From the IMG/VR virus record IMGVR_UViG_3300007735_000802: DNA of 64,000 nucleotides, one strand, 5' to 3'. This document shows positions 49,620 to 56,381 of the stretch, one piece after another. The position numbers were made by a program, and so were the translations under genes. This DNA comes from a virus. How positions within the stretch are numbered: the first letter of the stretch is position 1; the number at the start of each line of letters is the position of its first letter. The notes under the pieces are model-generated. The model had not been told where the DNA came from and ran no database searches. It saw nothing but the letters and a program-made list of their open reading frames with translations.

Positions 49620-49852
49620 AGTCAATTCAGTCGCGGGATGACCAGTCCCCACTGCTTTAGGCAGCACGACGCATTGGAGCGGCGTTTATAAGTGCCAACT
49701 TTGGCATTTAACGAGGGTTGTTGACTACCTCTCGGATATCTCCCTATTACTTACATCCCCCCGTCGATTCTGTTCGACCCCGTAGGTTTGAATGGAGTCG
49801 GGGGGATTCGCACCCCCGTGCAGTTGGGTAGTTTGTAAAGATCAACGATATC
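49620..49852 (-). ncRNA. ssrA: Circularly permuted (two-piece) tmRNA; tag AAPMRRAA
   Basis: Minus strand: T-arm and CGACTCC-A (ends 49793), 11-nt spacer, then 5' end GGGGTCGAACAGAATCGAC (starts 49781); G3.U70 pair; PK1; ATAAAC then tag ORF at 49683-49657. Confidence 0.9.
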
Positions 49853-49860
49853 ATTTTTAT

Positions 49861-50124
49861 TTATGGTCTGTCAACTAGATAAATGGATTCTTGATCTACA
49901 ATATCAAGACCGTTATGAGATCCTTTAATTTTTGTGATATCCCACAAAACAAGATCTCCGATCTTAATATCTTCAGTTAGATGTGGTCCAATATCAACGA
50001 CCTTTGACCAAACCATTTTATTTGTTACCTTGTCATCGTAAATAATTCCTGCTTCGGTAGTCTTTCTGCCACCGAATGTTCGTTTAAGCAGAACTGTCTT
50101 TCCCACTGGTTTAATATTTTTCAT
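49861..50124 (-). CDS. groES: Co-chaperonin GroES-like protein
   Basis: IKPVGKTVLLK...TTEAGII...VVDIGP...IKIGDLVL. Confidence 0.85.
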   Translation of the reverse strand: MKNIKPVGKTVLLKRTFGGRKTTEAGIIYDDKVTNKMVWSKVVDIGPHLTEDIKIGDLVLWDITKIKGSHNGLDIVDQESIYLVDRP

Positions 50125-50441
50125 TGCGAATCCTTATTAACAAAATTTTGAAGAGCAGTGGACATTCTGCTCAACGATGATTGTGCGAGAAGAATTTCAT
50201 TTGCAACTCGTTGAAGTTCCTTATTTGTTTCTGCAAGAATTATGTTCTTGTCTTTGTGCATATTTGTGTGCATTTTTTCCAAATCATCAATTTCTGGTTT
50301 CATTGGAAAATGTTTCAAGCACTCAGATGCTCTTTTACGAACTTCACTAGGAACTCGCGGAGTCTTTTCTGGATTTAGCAAATCGAAAAGAAATTCACGA
50401 TTCTTACGCATTGATATGAACCATTCATTTGGAAGTGTCAT
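50121..50441 (-). CDS. BPSL0761-like conserved phage protein
   Basis: MTLPNE...REFL.DLL.P.KTPRVP...R.RA...LKHFP. Confidence 0.65.
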   Translation of the reverse strand: MTLPNEWFISMRKNREFLFDLLNPEKTPRVPSEVRKRASECLKHFPMKPEIDDLEKMHTNMHKDKNIILAETNKELQRVANEILLAQSSLSRMSTALQNFVNKDSQ

Positions 50442-50453
50442 AATAATCTCCAA

Positions 50454-50527
50454 TCGGGGTGACTGGATTTGAACCAACGACTTCTTGCTCCCAAAGCAAG
50501 CGCACTACCAAGCTGTGCTACACCCCG
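50454..50527 (-). tRNA. trnP: tRNA-Pro(UGG)
   Basis: CGGGGTG acceptor; CTTGC-TTTGGGA-GCAAG. Confidence 0.95.
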
Positions 50528-50529
50528 TA

Positions 50530-50601
50530 AGCCACCTATGAGATTCGAACTCACGACCCATGCTTTACAAAAGCATAGCTCTACCGCTGAGCTAAAGTGG
50601 C
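50530..50601 (-). tRNA. trnT: tRNA-Thr(UGU)
   Basis: ATGCT-TTTGTAA-AGCAT; canonical D and T arms. Confidence 0.95.
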
Positions 50602-50602
50602 A

Positions 50603-50785
50603 TCATTCATCTTTGCCTCTGCCCCAACCATAAAGAGTACGATATTCTTCTCTGTTGCGAATATGTTCTTTATTTTGAATTTCTAAAAATTCAATTTTAC
50701 TTCTTGCTTCTGAAAGAAGCTGGGATAGATTCAAATCATTTGTATTTATTGCTGCTTGATGCAATCTAGTTTTAATGTCTTCCAT
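50603..50785 (-). CDS. Small hypothetical protein within the tRNA cluster
   Basis: MEDIKTRL... ORF between tRNA-Asn and tRNA-Thr. Confidence 0.55.
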   Translation of the reverse strand: MEDIKTRLHQAAINTNDLNLSQLLSEARSKIEFLEIQNKEHIRNREEYRTLYGWGRGKDE

Positions 50786-50788
50786 AAA

Positions 50789-50861
50789 CTCTCTGAACTG
50801 GGATCGAACCAGTGACATCAAAGTTAACAGCTTTGCGCTCTACCTGCTGAGCTATCAGAGA
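50789..50861 (-). tRNA. trnN: tRNA-Asn(GUU)
   Basis: CAAAG-CTGTTAA-CTTTG; TCTCTGA/TCAGAGA-G acceptor. Confidence 0.95.
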
Positions 50862-50866
50862 ATAAA

Positions 50867-50955
50867 AGCGTAGCGAAGGACTTGAACCTTTTTCTCACTT
50901 TGCTTTACAGCAAATCTAGTGTGCCTCTGAGTGCGCTACTCAACTGATACTACGC
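50867..50955 (-). ncRNA. Non-canonical tRNA-like RNA
   Basis: 7-bp acceptor GCGTAGT/GCTACGC and AAGG-TTCAAGT-CCTT T-arm, but no standard D or anticodon arm; packed between tRNA-Glu and tRNA-Asn. Confidence 0.65.
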
Positions 50956-50957
50956 AA

Positions 50958-51031
50958 TACCCTAACGGGGACTCGAACCCCGACTCACTGCCTTGAAAGG
51001 GCAGGGATTTAGCCAGTTAATCTATTAGGGC
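50958..51031 (-). tRNA. trnE: tRNA-Glu(UUC)
   Basis: CTGCC-CTTTCAA-GGCAG. Confidence 0.95.
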
Positions 51032-51036
51032 GTTAT

Positions 51037-51180
51037 TCAACCAATGATGCTAAGAATGTAAAACCCAACAAAACCCAACACCACACATTGCAACAATAAA
51101 CTAACAACCAAAAGACCAATCATGGTATTTAGTGAATAGTTTATATCTTCAAACAACTTATCCTTTTCATCATCTGTCAT
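51037..51180 (-). CDS. Small single-TM membrane protein
   Basis: MTDDEKDK... followed by a long hydrophobic helix. Confidence 0.55.
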   Translation of the reverse strand: MTDDEKDKLFEDINYSLNTMIGLLVVSLLLQCVVLGFVGFYILSIIG

Positions 51181-51182
51181 AG

Positions 51183-51254
51183 TACGCCGTACAGGTGCTG
51201 CCCCTGTGCTTAGACGATTATAAGTCGTCCTGAGATGCTGACCTCCCACGGCGC
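51183..51254 (-). tRNA. trnI: tRNA-Ile(UAU) with non-canonical T-loop GGCAGCA
   Basis: GCGCCGT/ACGGCGT-A acceptor; GACGA-CTTATAA-TCGTC; ACAGG-GGCAGCA-CCTGT. Confidence 0.85.
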
Positions 51255-51263
51255 GTTGGTATT

Positions 51264-51292
51264 ATTATACCATGTTAGTTATTGTATGTCAA
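51264..51292 (-). promoter_or_regulatory. sigma70 promoter for the tRNA cluster
   Basis: TTGACA-17 nt-TATAAT, with TG extension. Confidence 0.8.
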
Positions 51293-51587
51293 GCTCTTCA
51301 TCAAGTTTTGTCAAAGTTTGCAGTGCTTCGATTTGATCCATTTTTGGAACAACAATCTTTGACTTTTTGTTGTTTACATGACCATTTTCATTCTTGATTA
51401 AATAATTACTCTTTTGACGATCATCATCGTGTCCAAGACGATAATTGATTTCTTGAATGCCGATAGCATTTAGAATAATCGCCTTGTCATCATGATCTGC
51501 GAGAAGTCCTAGAATTTGAATAGAAGCAATGCGCGCTTCTTCCTCACCCATTTCGAGTGGGATATCAATGTGAAGTCGATACGGCAT
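51279..51587 (-). CDS. Hypothetical protein
   Basis: MPYRLHIDIP... ORF. Confidence 0.65.
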   Translation of the reverse strand: MPYRLHIDIPLEMGEEEARIASIQILGLLADHDDKAIILNAIGIQEINYRLGHDDDRQKSNYLIKNENGHVNNKKSKIVVPKMDQIEALQTLTKLDEELDIQ

Positions 51588-51589
51588 AA

Positions 51590-51745
51590 TCAATCCTGTA
51601 AAAATTGCACAACATCACTCTTTGCAACTTCTAAAAGTTGACCAGAGTCTGTTTTAATCTTAATCATTTCATTTCCAAAAAGGTCTGTGAAAGTCTCAAC
51701 AATCACGCATGTTTCTTTTGTTTCTTTAAGAATATACTTGCTCAT
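51590..51745 (-). CDS. Small hypothetical protein (51 aa, not in the ORF track)
   Basis: MSKYILKETKETCVIVETF...; GGAG SD; fills the gap exactly. Confidence 0.55.
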   Translation of the reverse strand: MSKYILKETKETCVIVETFTDLFGNEMIKIKTDSGQLLEVAKSDVVQFLQD

Positions 51746-51748
51746 AAT

Positions 51749-52117
51749 TTACTCCATTCTCTTAATACCTTCATTATCGGTATAGTATATATCGTCAAAC
51801 ACTTCAAGACACCACGGAGTACACAACTCACATGGTCTTGACATACGCAATTCACGAAAACGATTATATCGTACATTCACAAGCGTGAGTTTTAGTCCAC
51901 GATACTTGTATGGAAGTTTACGATATGCATCAAGTTCTGAATGCATTTCTTCGTAAGGATAACCAATTTCTTTTGCTTTTGGATGAGTCTTAAAACAATT
52001 TCTTCCAATTGAAAGAAGTCTCTTCTTGTGAAAGATTAAAGATATATGCTTCTTTTGCCTTGGAATCTCCAAGCACAAAGGATAAGCAAAATTTAAAAGA
52101 TTATCAAAGTCTGTCAT
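51749..52117 (-). CDS. Zn-dependent cytidine/dCMP deaminase-fold protein
   Basis: HSE...SRPCELC motif. Confidence 0.8.
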   Translation of the reverse strand: MTDFDNLLNFAYPLCLEIPRQKKHISLIFHKKRLLSIGRNCFKTHPKAKEIGYPYEEMHSELDAYRKLPYKYRGLKLTLVNVRYNRFRELRMSRPCELCTPWCLEVFDDIYYTDNEGIKRME

Positions 52118-52172
52118 AAAAAACAAAGATGTGGCATTTCTACCACATCTTCGCAAGTATTGAATTGTATGA

Positions 52173-52451
52173 TCAGGCGTTGATCATGAAACGAGAACCG
52201 TCCTTGCGGAACCCATAGGTACGACGACCCGGATGAGTGTCACGCATGAAGTAACGGGTAGTGTTGCCGTTCTCCACAGTCTCAATCTCCCAGTTACCGT
52301 ACTGCTCGACCTGCTCACGAATGTCGCTCATGGTCGCACGGAGATTCTGAACGCCGTACTTGTTGAGTGCTTCACGCGCATCGATACCCCAACCACGGGC
52401 GAGATGATTAATGACCTGACGCTTCTTGCTGAGAGTGTTGCTGTTTGCCAT
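52173..52451 (-). CDS. Small winged-HTH-like DNA-binding protein with GC-rich codon usage
   Basis: QVINHL...EA..YGVQNLRATMSDIR; own sigma70 promoter (TTGACT-16 nt-TATAAT, 52533-52560). Confidence 0.65.
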   Translation of the reverse strand: MANSNTLSKKRQVINHLARGWGIDAREALNKYGVQNLRATMSDIREQVEQYGNWEIETVENGNTTRYFMRDTHPGRRTYGFRKDGSRFMINA

Positions 52452-52636
52452 AACGATATAATCCTTTACCTTTGACTCTTAGAAACCATCCGAACTCAGG
52501 TGAGTCATGCCGTCGTTCGGTTAACTGCGTATATTATAACAGATCCTGATGGGAAGTCAAGCCCCTTGACTGCTTTCCTAAAAGTTTTTTAAAGTTCAAA
52601 GTTTAAAGTTTTTAAAAATAAAAGTGAGCTAATAGC

Positions 52637-52933
52637 TCACTCTTTAGGCTGCTTGCGGTAGTTTAGCTTCCACAATGCTTTTGCAATTGTCGTTCCCGTT
52701 TCCAGAACTGCTTCTTCAGAAAGTTCCGGTCTTACTGCATGAAGAACTTCGTGAATGATTGTATCCATCAAGTCTATTGGTTTTAGACTTCGCTTTACCC
52801 ATATTTCAGGTTTTGCATATTTTGGATCATCACATTCACCACAAGTATCATGAGATAGTTCTGTAGATTTTACAATCTTAATCTTCCAATTTTTCTTGTT
52901 GATTCGAATTGTAATTTCTTCCTCTGGAACCAT
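52637..52933 (-). CDS. Minimal zincin metallopeptidase-like protein
   Basis: GEC...IWV...DTIIHEVLHA...EE. Confidence 0.75.
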   Translation of the reverse strand: MVPEEEITIRINKKNWKIKIVKSTELSHDTCGECDDPKYAKPEIWVKRSLKPIDLMDTIIHEVLHAVRPELSEEAVLETGTTIAKALWKLNYRKQPKE

Positions 52934-53035
52934 CGGATTCCTCCGTCATATTTAGATCATTCTTTTCACTTTCTGCTAATCGTTTTAAAGTTTGATCATA
53001 TCTGTCAAAAATCTTTTTTATAATTTCTGACAGAA

Positions 53036-53203
53036 TCAATCAGCACCACTTTTGGTTGGTTTTGTGTCATCCCAATGTTTAATGGAATTTTTCTTTTTCT
53101 TCTTCTTACCAAAGATACGATCCCAGTTGTCTGACCACTTTTTGTAGTCAACAGATCTGGGTCTATCTCCTTTTCCCGCAGAATGTTGTCTGTTATCACT
53201 CAT
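53036..53203 (-). CDS. Small basic conserved phage protein (not in the ORF track)
   Basis: AGKGDRPRSVDYKKWSDNWDRIF motif of a common small phage family. Confidence 0.65.
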   Translation of the reverse strand: MSDNRQHSAGKGDRPRSVDYKKWSDNWDRIFGKKKKKKNSIKHWDDTKPTKSGAD

Positions 53204-53205
53204 AG

Positions 53206-53276
53206 AGCGGAATGCGGGAATCGAACCCGCCTCACTAGATTGGAAATCTAGCGCATTACCGATATGCTAATCCCGC
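53206..53276 (-). tRNA. trnG: tRNA-Gly(UCC)
   Basis: GCGGGAT acceptor, U73; CTAGA-TTTCCAA-TCTAG. Confidence 0.95.
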
Positions 53277-53316
53277 GAAAGTAGTCCTAACATACATATG
53301 TATATAAGGTCTACAA

Positions 53317-53736
53317 ATGAAAAAATCTATCTGTACAAATTGTTTAAAAGATTTCGAGCATCGTATCCAATGTTCAACTGGCAAATATTGTTCAAATAAA
53401 TGTCAACAAGATTACCAATCAAAACAATCATTACAAAAATGGTTAGATGGTACATGGGATGGAACAAAAAAAGGGTTTTCTCTTTCTAGCACTGTCAGAA
53501 AATATTTATTAGAACAAACAAATCATAAATGTTCAAAATGTGGCTGGTGTGAGATAAATCCAACTACAGGTAAAAGTCCATTAGAAATTGATCATATTGA
53601 TGGAAATTCTGAAAATAGTAGACCAGAAAATTTAAGAGTTCTCTGTCCAAATTGTCATTCCCTCACACCAACCTATAAAGCATTAAATTATGGTAAAGGT
53701 AGCAAAGCAAGATTAAAATACCATAAATTAATTTAA
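53317..53736 (+). CDS. HNH homing endonuclease inserted between tRNA-Lys and tRNA-Gly
   Basis: CTNC...YCSNKC, CSKCG...LEIDHIDGN...NLRVLCPNCH. Confidence 0.88.
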   Translation: MKKSICTNCLKDFEHRIQCSTGKYCSNKCQQDYQSKQSLQKWLDGTWDGTKKGFSLSSTVRKYLLEQTNHKCSKCGWCEINPTTGKSPLEIDHIDGNSENSRPENLRVLCPNCHSLTPTYKALNYGKGSKARLKYHKLI

Positions 53737-53808
53737 TGCTTCGGGTGGGTACTGCCCCCACATTCTTCACCTTAAAAGGGTGCTGCATTGCTAGTCTGCC
53801 ACCGAAGC
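53737..53808 (-). tRNA. trnK: tRNA-Lys(UUU) with non-canonical T-loop GGCAGUA
   Basis: GCTTCGG/CCGAAGC-A; CACC-CTTTTAA-GGTG; GTGGG-GGCAGTA-CCCAC. Confidence 0.85.
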
Positions 53809-53814
53809 GGTTTT

Positions 53815-53893
53815 GTGTGATTGGCGAATTCACACCATTTAACGCCTAGTTTCATTTGTAATTGTGGGGTAGAAACTATAAGATTCCCACAAT
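53815..53893. ncRNA. Two tandem H-type pseudoknots 5' of tRNA-Lys
   Basis: Crossing helices 53861-68/53886-93 with 53847-53/53872-78, and 53823-26/53843-46 with 53815-20/53830-35. Confidence 0.5.
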
Positions 53894-54076
53894 CATGATT
53901 TTTTTCGAAAATCACAAAAACTCTCATAATATAATAATACTTTAAATATAATCTGACATTTTAAATAACAATCATAATATATCTCCAGTTATTATAACAC
54001 AAATTATTTTATACCATCTTGCTTTTAGCGCAGGAACCCCCTCTAGCGCGAGGGGGAATTCACTTGTGTACGCACA

Positions 54077-54592
54077 TTATACCAGAACCGGAGCGTTTGT
54101 CAAGCCTTCTCTGTACCAATCTGGAATTTCTGTAAATTTCCATTTTGCGAATCGAGACTTTGCGCCAATATAATATTTTCGATATGCCGTTACTGCATCC
54201 CCAGGAACTTTAAATTCCTCTGGCATTGCTTGTGCAAATGGTGTCAAATGCCCCTCTGGAACTTGCAGAGGAGGATGAAATCTAAACCATTCAGTCATTG
54301 CATGTGCCAAATGAATTTTATTGTAGCGACGAGTATACTCAAGTGACAATTCGTGAGTATGTTCTGCTAACCAAAAATAGTTATCAGTGGTCTGCCTTGC
54401 CCATATCGTACATGGATGATTCTGAAATGATTGTTTGTACAAACTAACAGGTGCATATACGACATGACTGCCAGACATACGATGATTCGTGGAGAGCATT
54501 TGACAACCCTCCACGATCATTTTTACCACATGCTTGTCACACATCATATGTGCAGCAATGCGTGGATTTTCATGCAATACAAAAATATTCAT
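54077..54592 (-). CDS. Pyrimidine dimer DNA glycosylase / endonuclease V family protein
   Basis: MNIFVL...CDKHVVKMIVE..QMLST...NHPCTIW...EYTRRY...FAQAMP...AYRKYY. Confidence 0.85.
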   Translation of the reverse strand: MNIFVLHENPRIAAHMMCDKHVVKMIVEGCQMLSTNHRMSGSHVVYAPVSLYKQSFQNHPCTIWARQTTDNYFWLAEHTHELSLEYTRRYNKIHLAHAMTEWFRFHPPLQVPEGHLTPFAQAMPEEFKVPGDAVTAYRKYYIGAKSRFAKWKFTEIPDWYREGLTNAPVLV

Positions 54593-54756
54593 AGACCAAT
54601 TCGGTGATAGAGTGACTTAGGAAGACGACCCAACTTATGAAGATTTTCTAAAGTTTTCTTTTTTGCATTTGCAAGCGATGCTTGTTGCTTTGCAGTCCAC
54701 TTACGCTTCTTTGCCCGGTGCTTTTGTGCTACTTCACGATTTGGTGTATTAGGCAT
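54589..54756 (-). CDS. Small basic hypothetical protein (55 aa, not in the ORF track)
   Basis: MPNTPNREVAQKHRAKKRKW...; stop overlaps the next start (ATGA). Confidence 0.55.
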   Translation of the reverse strand: MPNTPNREVAQKHRAKKRKWTAKQQASLANAKKKTLENLHKLGRLPKSLYHRIGL

Positions 54757-54920
54757 TTTTTACCTTTCCATTCACACGAATGTTTCTTTCAGTGCATCCA
54801 ACTTGATTTTGTTTTCTATTCAGAGTCTTCTTTAGTTTTTCAATTCTATAATCACGCATTGCTTTGCTACTAAAACCACGACATGCTGTATTATTTTTAC
54901 CCATAATATATCTCCATATT

Positions 54921-55481
54921 TTATAATTCAGTATTTTCTGAAATTCCGTATCGTTTTTCTTCTGCTTCTTTACGAAGTTTATTAATTATAGATCTTGCTT
55001 GATCCATATTTTTTTGCATTTGAATTTTTCGCTTTTCTTCAGAAGTTTCAACAATTTCTTTATTTTTTCTTTTTATTTCTTCTCTTTGTTCTCTTACGCT
55101 TTTTACTCTTTCTTCTGCCTTTGATGTAATTTCTTCTTTATTTTTATCTAATTTTTCTTTTTGTTCTGATTCAATATCCTGACCAGATTTATCTTGCTTC
55201 TTAAATTCATCTGAGGTTCTAAAGAAATTTACATTTTCAATTTTAAAACTTTTCCATTTTCCCTCTGTTATATCCCAAACGGGTATAATATCAGTTCTTG
55301 ATGGATTTGTCAATGTTGTTTCTACGCTTTGTCTATACTTTGACGGAATTAAACCAGATTCTAAAGTGCAATATATTTTTCTATTTGTTCCATCAATTTT
55401 AGTAAAATCAACCTGACACACTCCTTGAATCAGGTGTTTGATAATAATCTCTCTTGATATGTTCTTTTGTTTGTATAGCAT
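54921..55481 (-). CDS. WYL_2/SH3 beta-barrel protein with a coiled-coil tail
   Basis: GVCQVDFTKIDGT.R...CTL...VWDI...WKSFKIENV. Confidence 0.75.
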   Translation of the reverse strand: MLYKQKNISREIIIKHLIQGVCQVDFTKIDGTNRKIYCTLESGLIPSKYRQSVETTLTNPSRTDIIPVWDITEGKWKSFKIENVNFFRTSDEFKKQDKSGQDIESEQKEKLDKNKEEITSKAEERVKSVREQREEIKRKNKEIVETSEEKRKIQMQKNMDQARSIINKLRKEAEEKRYGISENTEL

Positions 55482-55638
55482 TCTTTTCTCCCGGAAGATT
55501 CGAAGGTATTCCTACCATATTTCTCAAAAGTTCTCTATAGTATTCAGGTGTTCCGTGAGTCAAATCACTTGCTACTCTAAAATCAAATTCTTGCCAATTT
55601 GGTTTGTTCATATACATATTTATATTGGAGAGATTTAA

Positions 55639-55959
55639 ATGAAAAAAGACAAACCAAGATATATGGGAACGATTACAATAGCAGGAACAACATATTCGGC
55701 AACTCCAAATATCAATAGTGATATTCCACTAACTCAAGGAGTAAATGTTTCTCTTCCTTCATCTGCCTACACTTTATTTGTTACTTTAGTAGGCCTAACT
55801 GCACAAACAAGTACAGTTACAGGTTCCACATTTGGTTATGCAATAACCTCTTCCACTTCTTCACCTACCGTAGAATTTATTCCATGTGGTAATGTCAATC
55901 AATTGCTTTTCCGTGGAAGTGTAGTAACAGCAACTAATATTGGAATCATGGGTGTGTAA
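55639..55959 (+). CDS. Small beta-rich protein, paralog of 55959-56381
   Basis: LFVTLVGLTAQ..TGSTFGY..EFIPCGNVNQL; GGAG SD. Confidence 0.65.
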   Translation: MKKDKPRYMGTITIAGTTYSATPNINSDIPLTQGVNVSLPSSAYTLFVTLVGLTAQTSTVTGSTFGYAITSSTSSPTVEFIPCGNVNQLLFRGSVVTATNIGIMGV

Positions 55960-56381
55960 TGGGAAGAAAAAGAGCATATAACAAAAATCAAGATAGAAGA
56001 TACGGAGAAGTTCCTATTGGAAAAGGAAAGAGATGTAAATTTACTCGCCATGTTGTAAATATACCTGTTGCTTTAGATTACGGTACATGGTATAGAGTTA
56101 CCGATCAAAATATTCCACTTGTAAATGGAATAGAAATTTACATTCATCCAACTGCTGATACATTTCCTTCAGATCTTTTCTTTACATTAACAGGTGCAAC
56201 AGCACAACAATATACTGGTGCAACATTTGGTTATAGAATAAATGTTGGTACTGTAGCAAACTCCACCAAAACATTGATGGAGTTTGTACAATGCACTAAT
56301 GCAAACGATTTATGGTATCAAGCAGTAGACATTAATGGAAATGCTACAACTATAGATAAACTTTCGTTTTATGGATATTGA
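55959..56381 (+). CDS. Small beta-rich protein, paralog of 55639-55959
   Basis: LFFTLTGATAQ..TGATFGY..EFVQCTNANDL. Confidence 0.65.
   Translation: MGRKRAYNKNQDRRYGEVPIGKGKRCKFTRHVVNIPVALDYGTWYRVTDQNIPLVNGIEIYIHPTADTFPSDLFFTLTGATAQQYTGATFGYRINVGTVANSTKTLMEFVQCTNANDLWYQAVDINGNATTIDKLSFYGY

Noticed and set aside
50121-51249. ORF-track N-terminal extensions overlapping tRNA genes (starts at 50477, 50821, 51249)
   Set aside because: They overlap well-formed tRNAs; downstream ATGs give better starts.
53005-53199. 64-aa ORF from the ORF track
   Set aside because: The overlapping frame 53036-53203 carries a recognisable conserved motif and an ATG start.
47808-53808. Theta/HDV-like ribozymes at tRNA 3' trailers
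   Set aside because: Sequences 3' of each tRNA run directly into ORFs or other tRNAs, and no HDV fold was found by eye.
53778-53927. Short minus-strand ORF (MRVFVIF...) with A AAA AAT just before the pseudoknot, as a coding frameshift cassette
   Set aside because: The ORF runs into tRNA-Lys and the -1 frame stops immediately, so an RNA-level role is more parsimonious.
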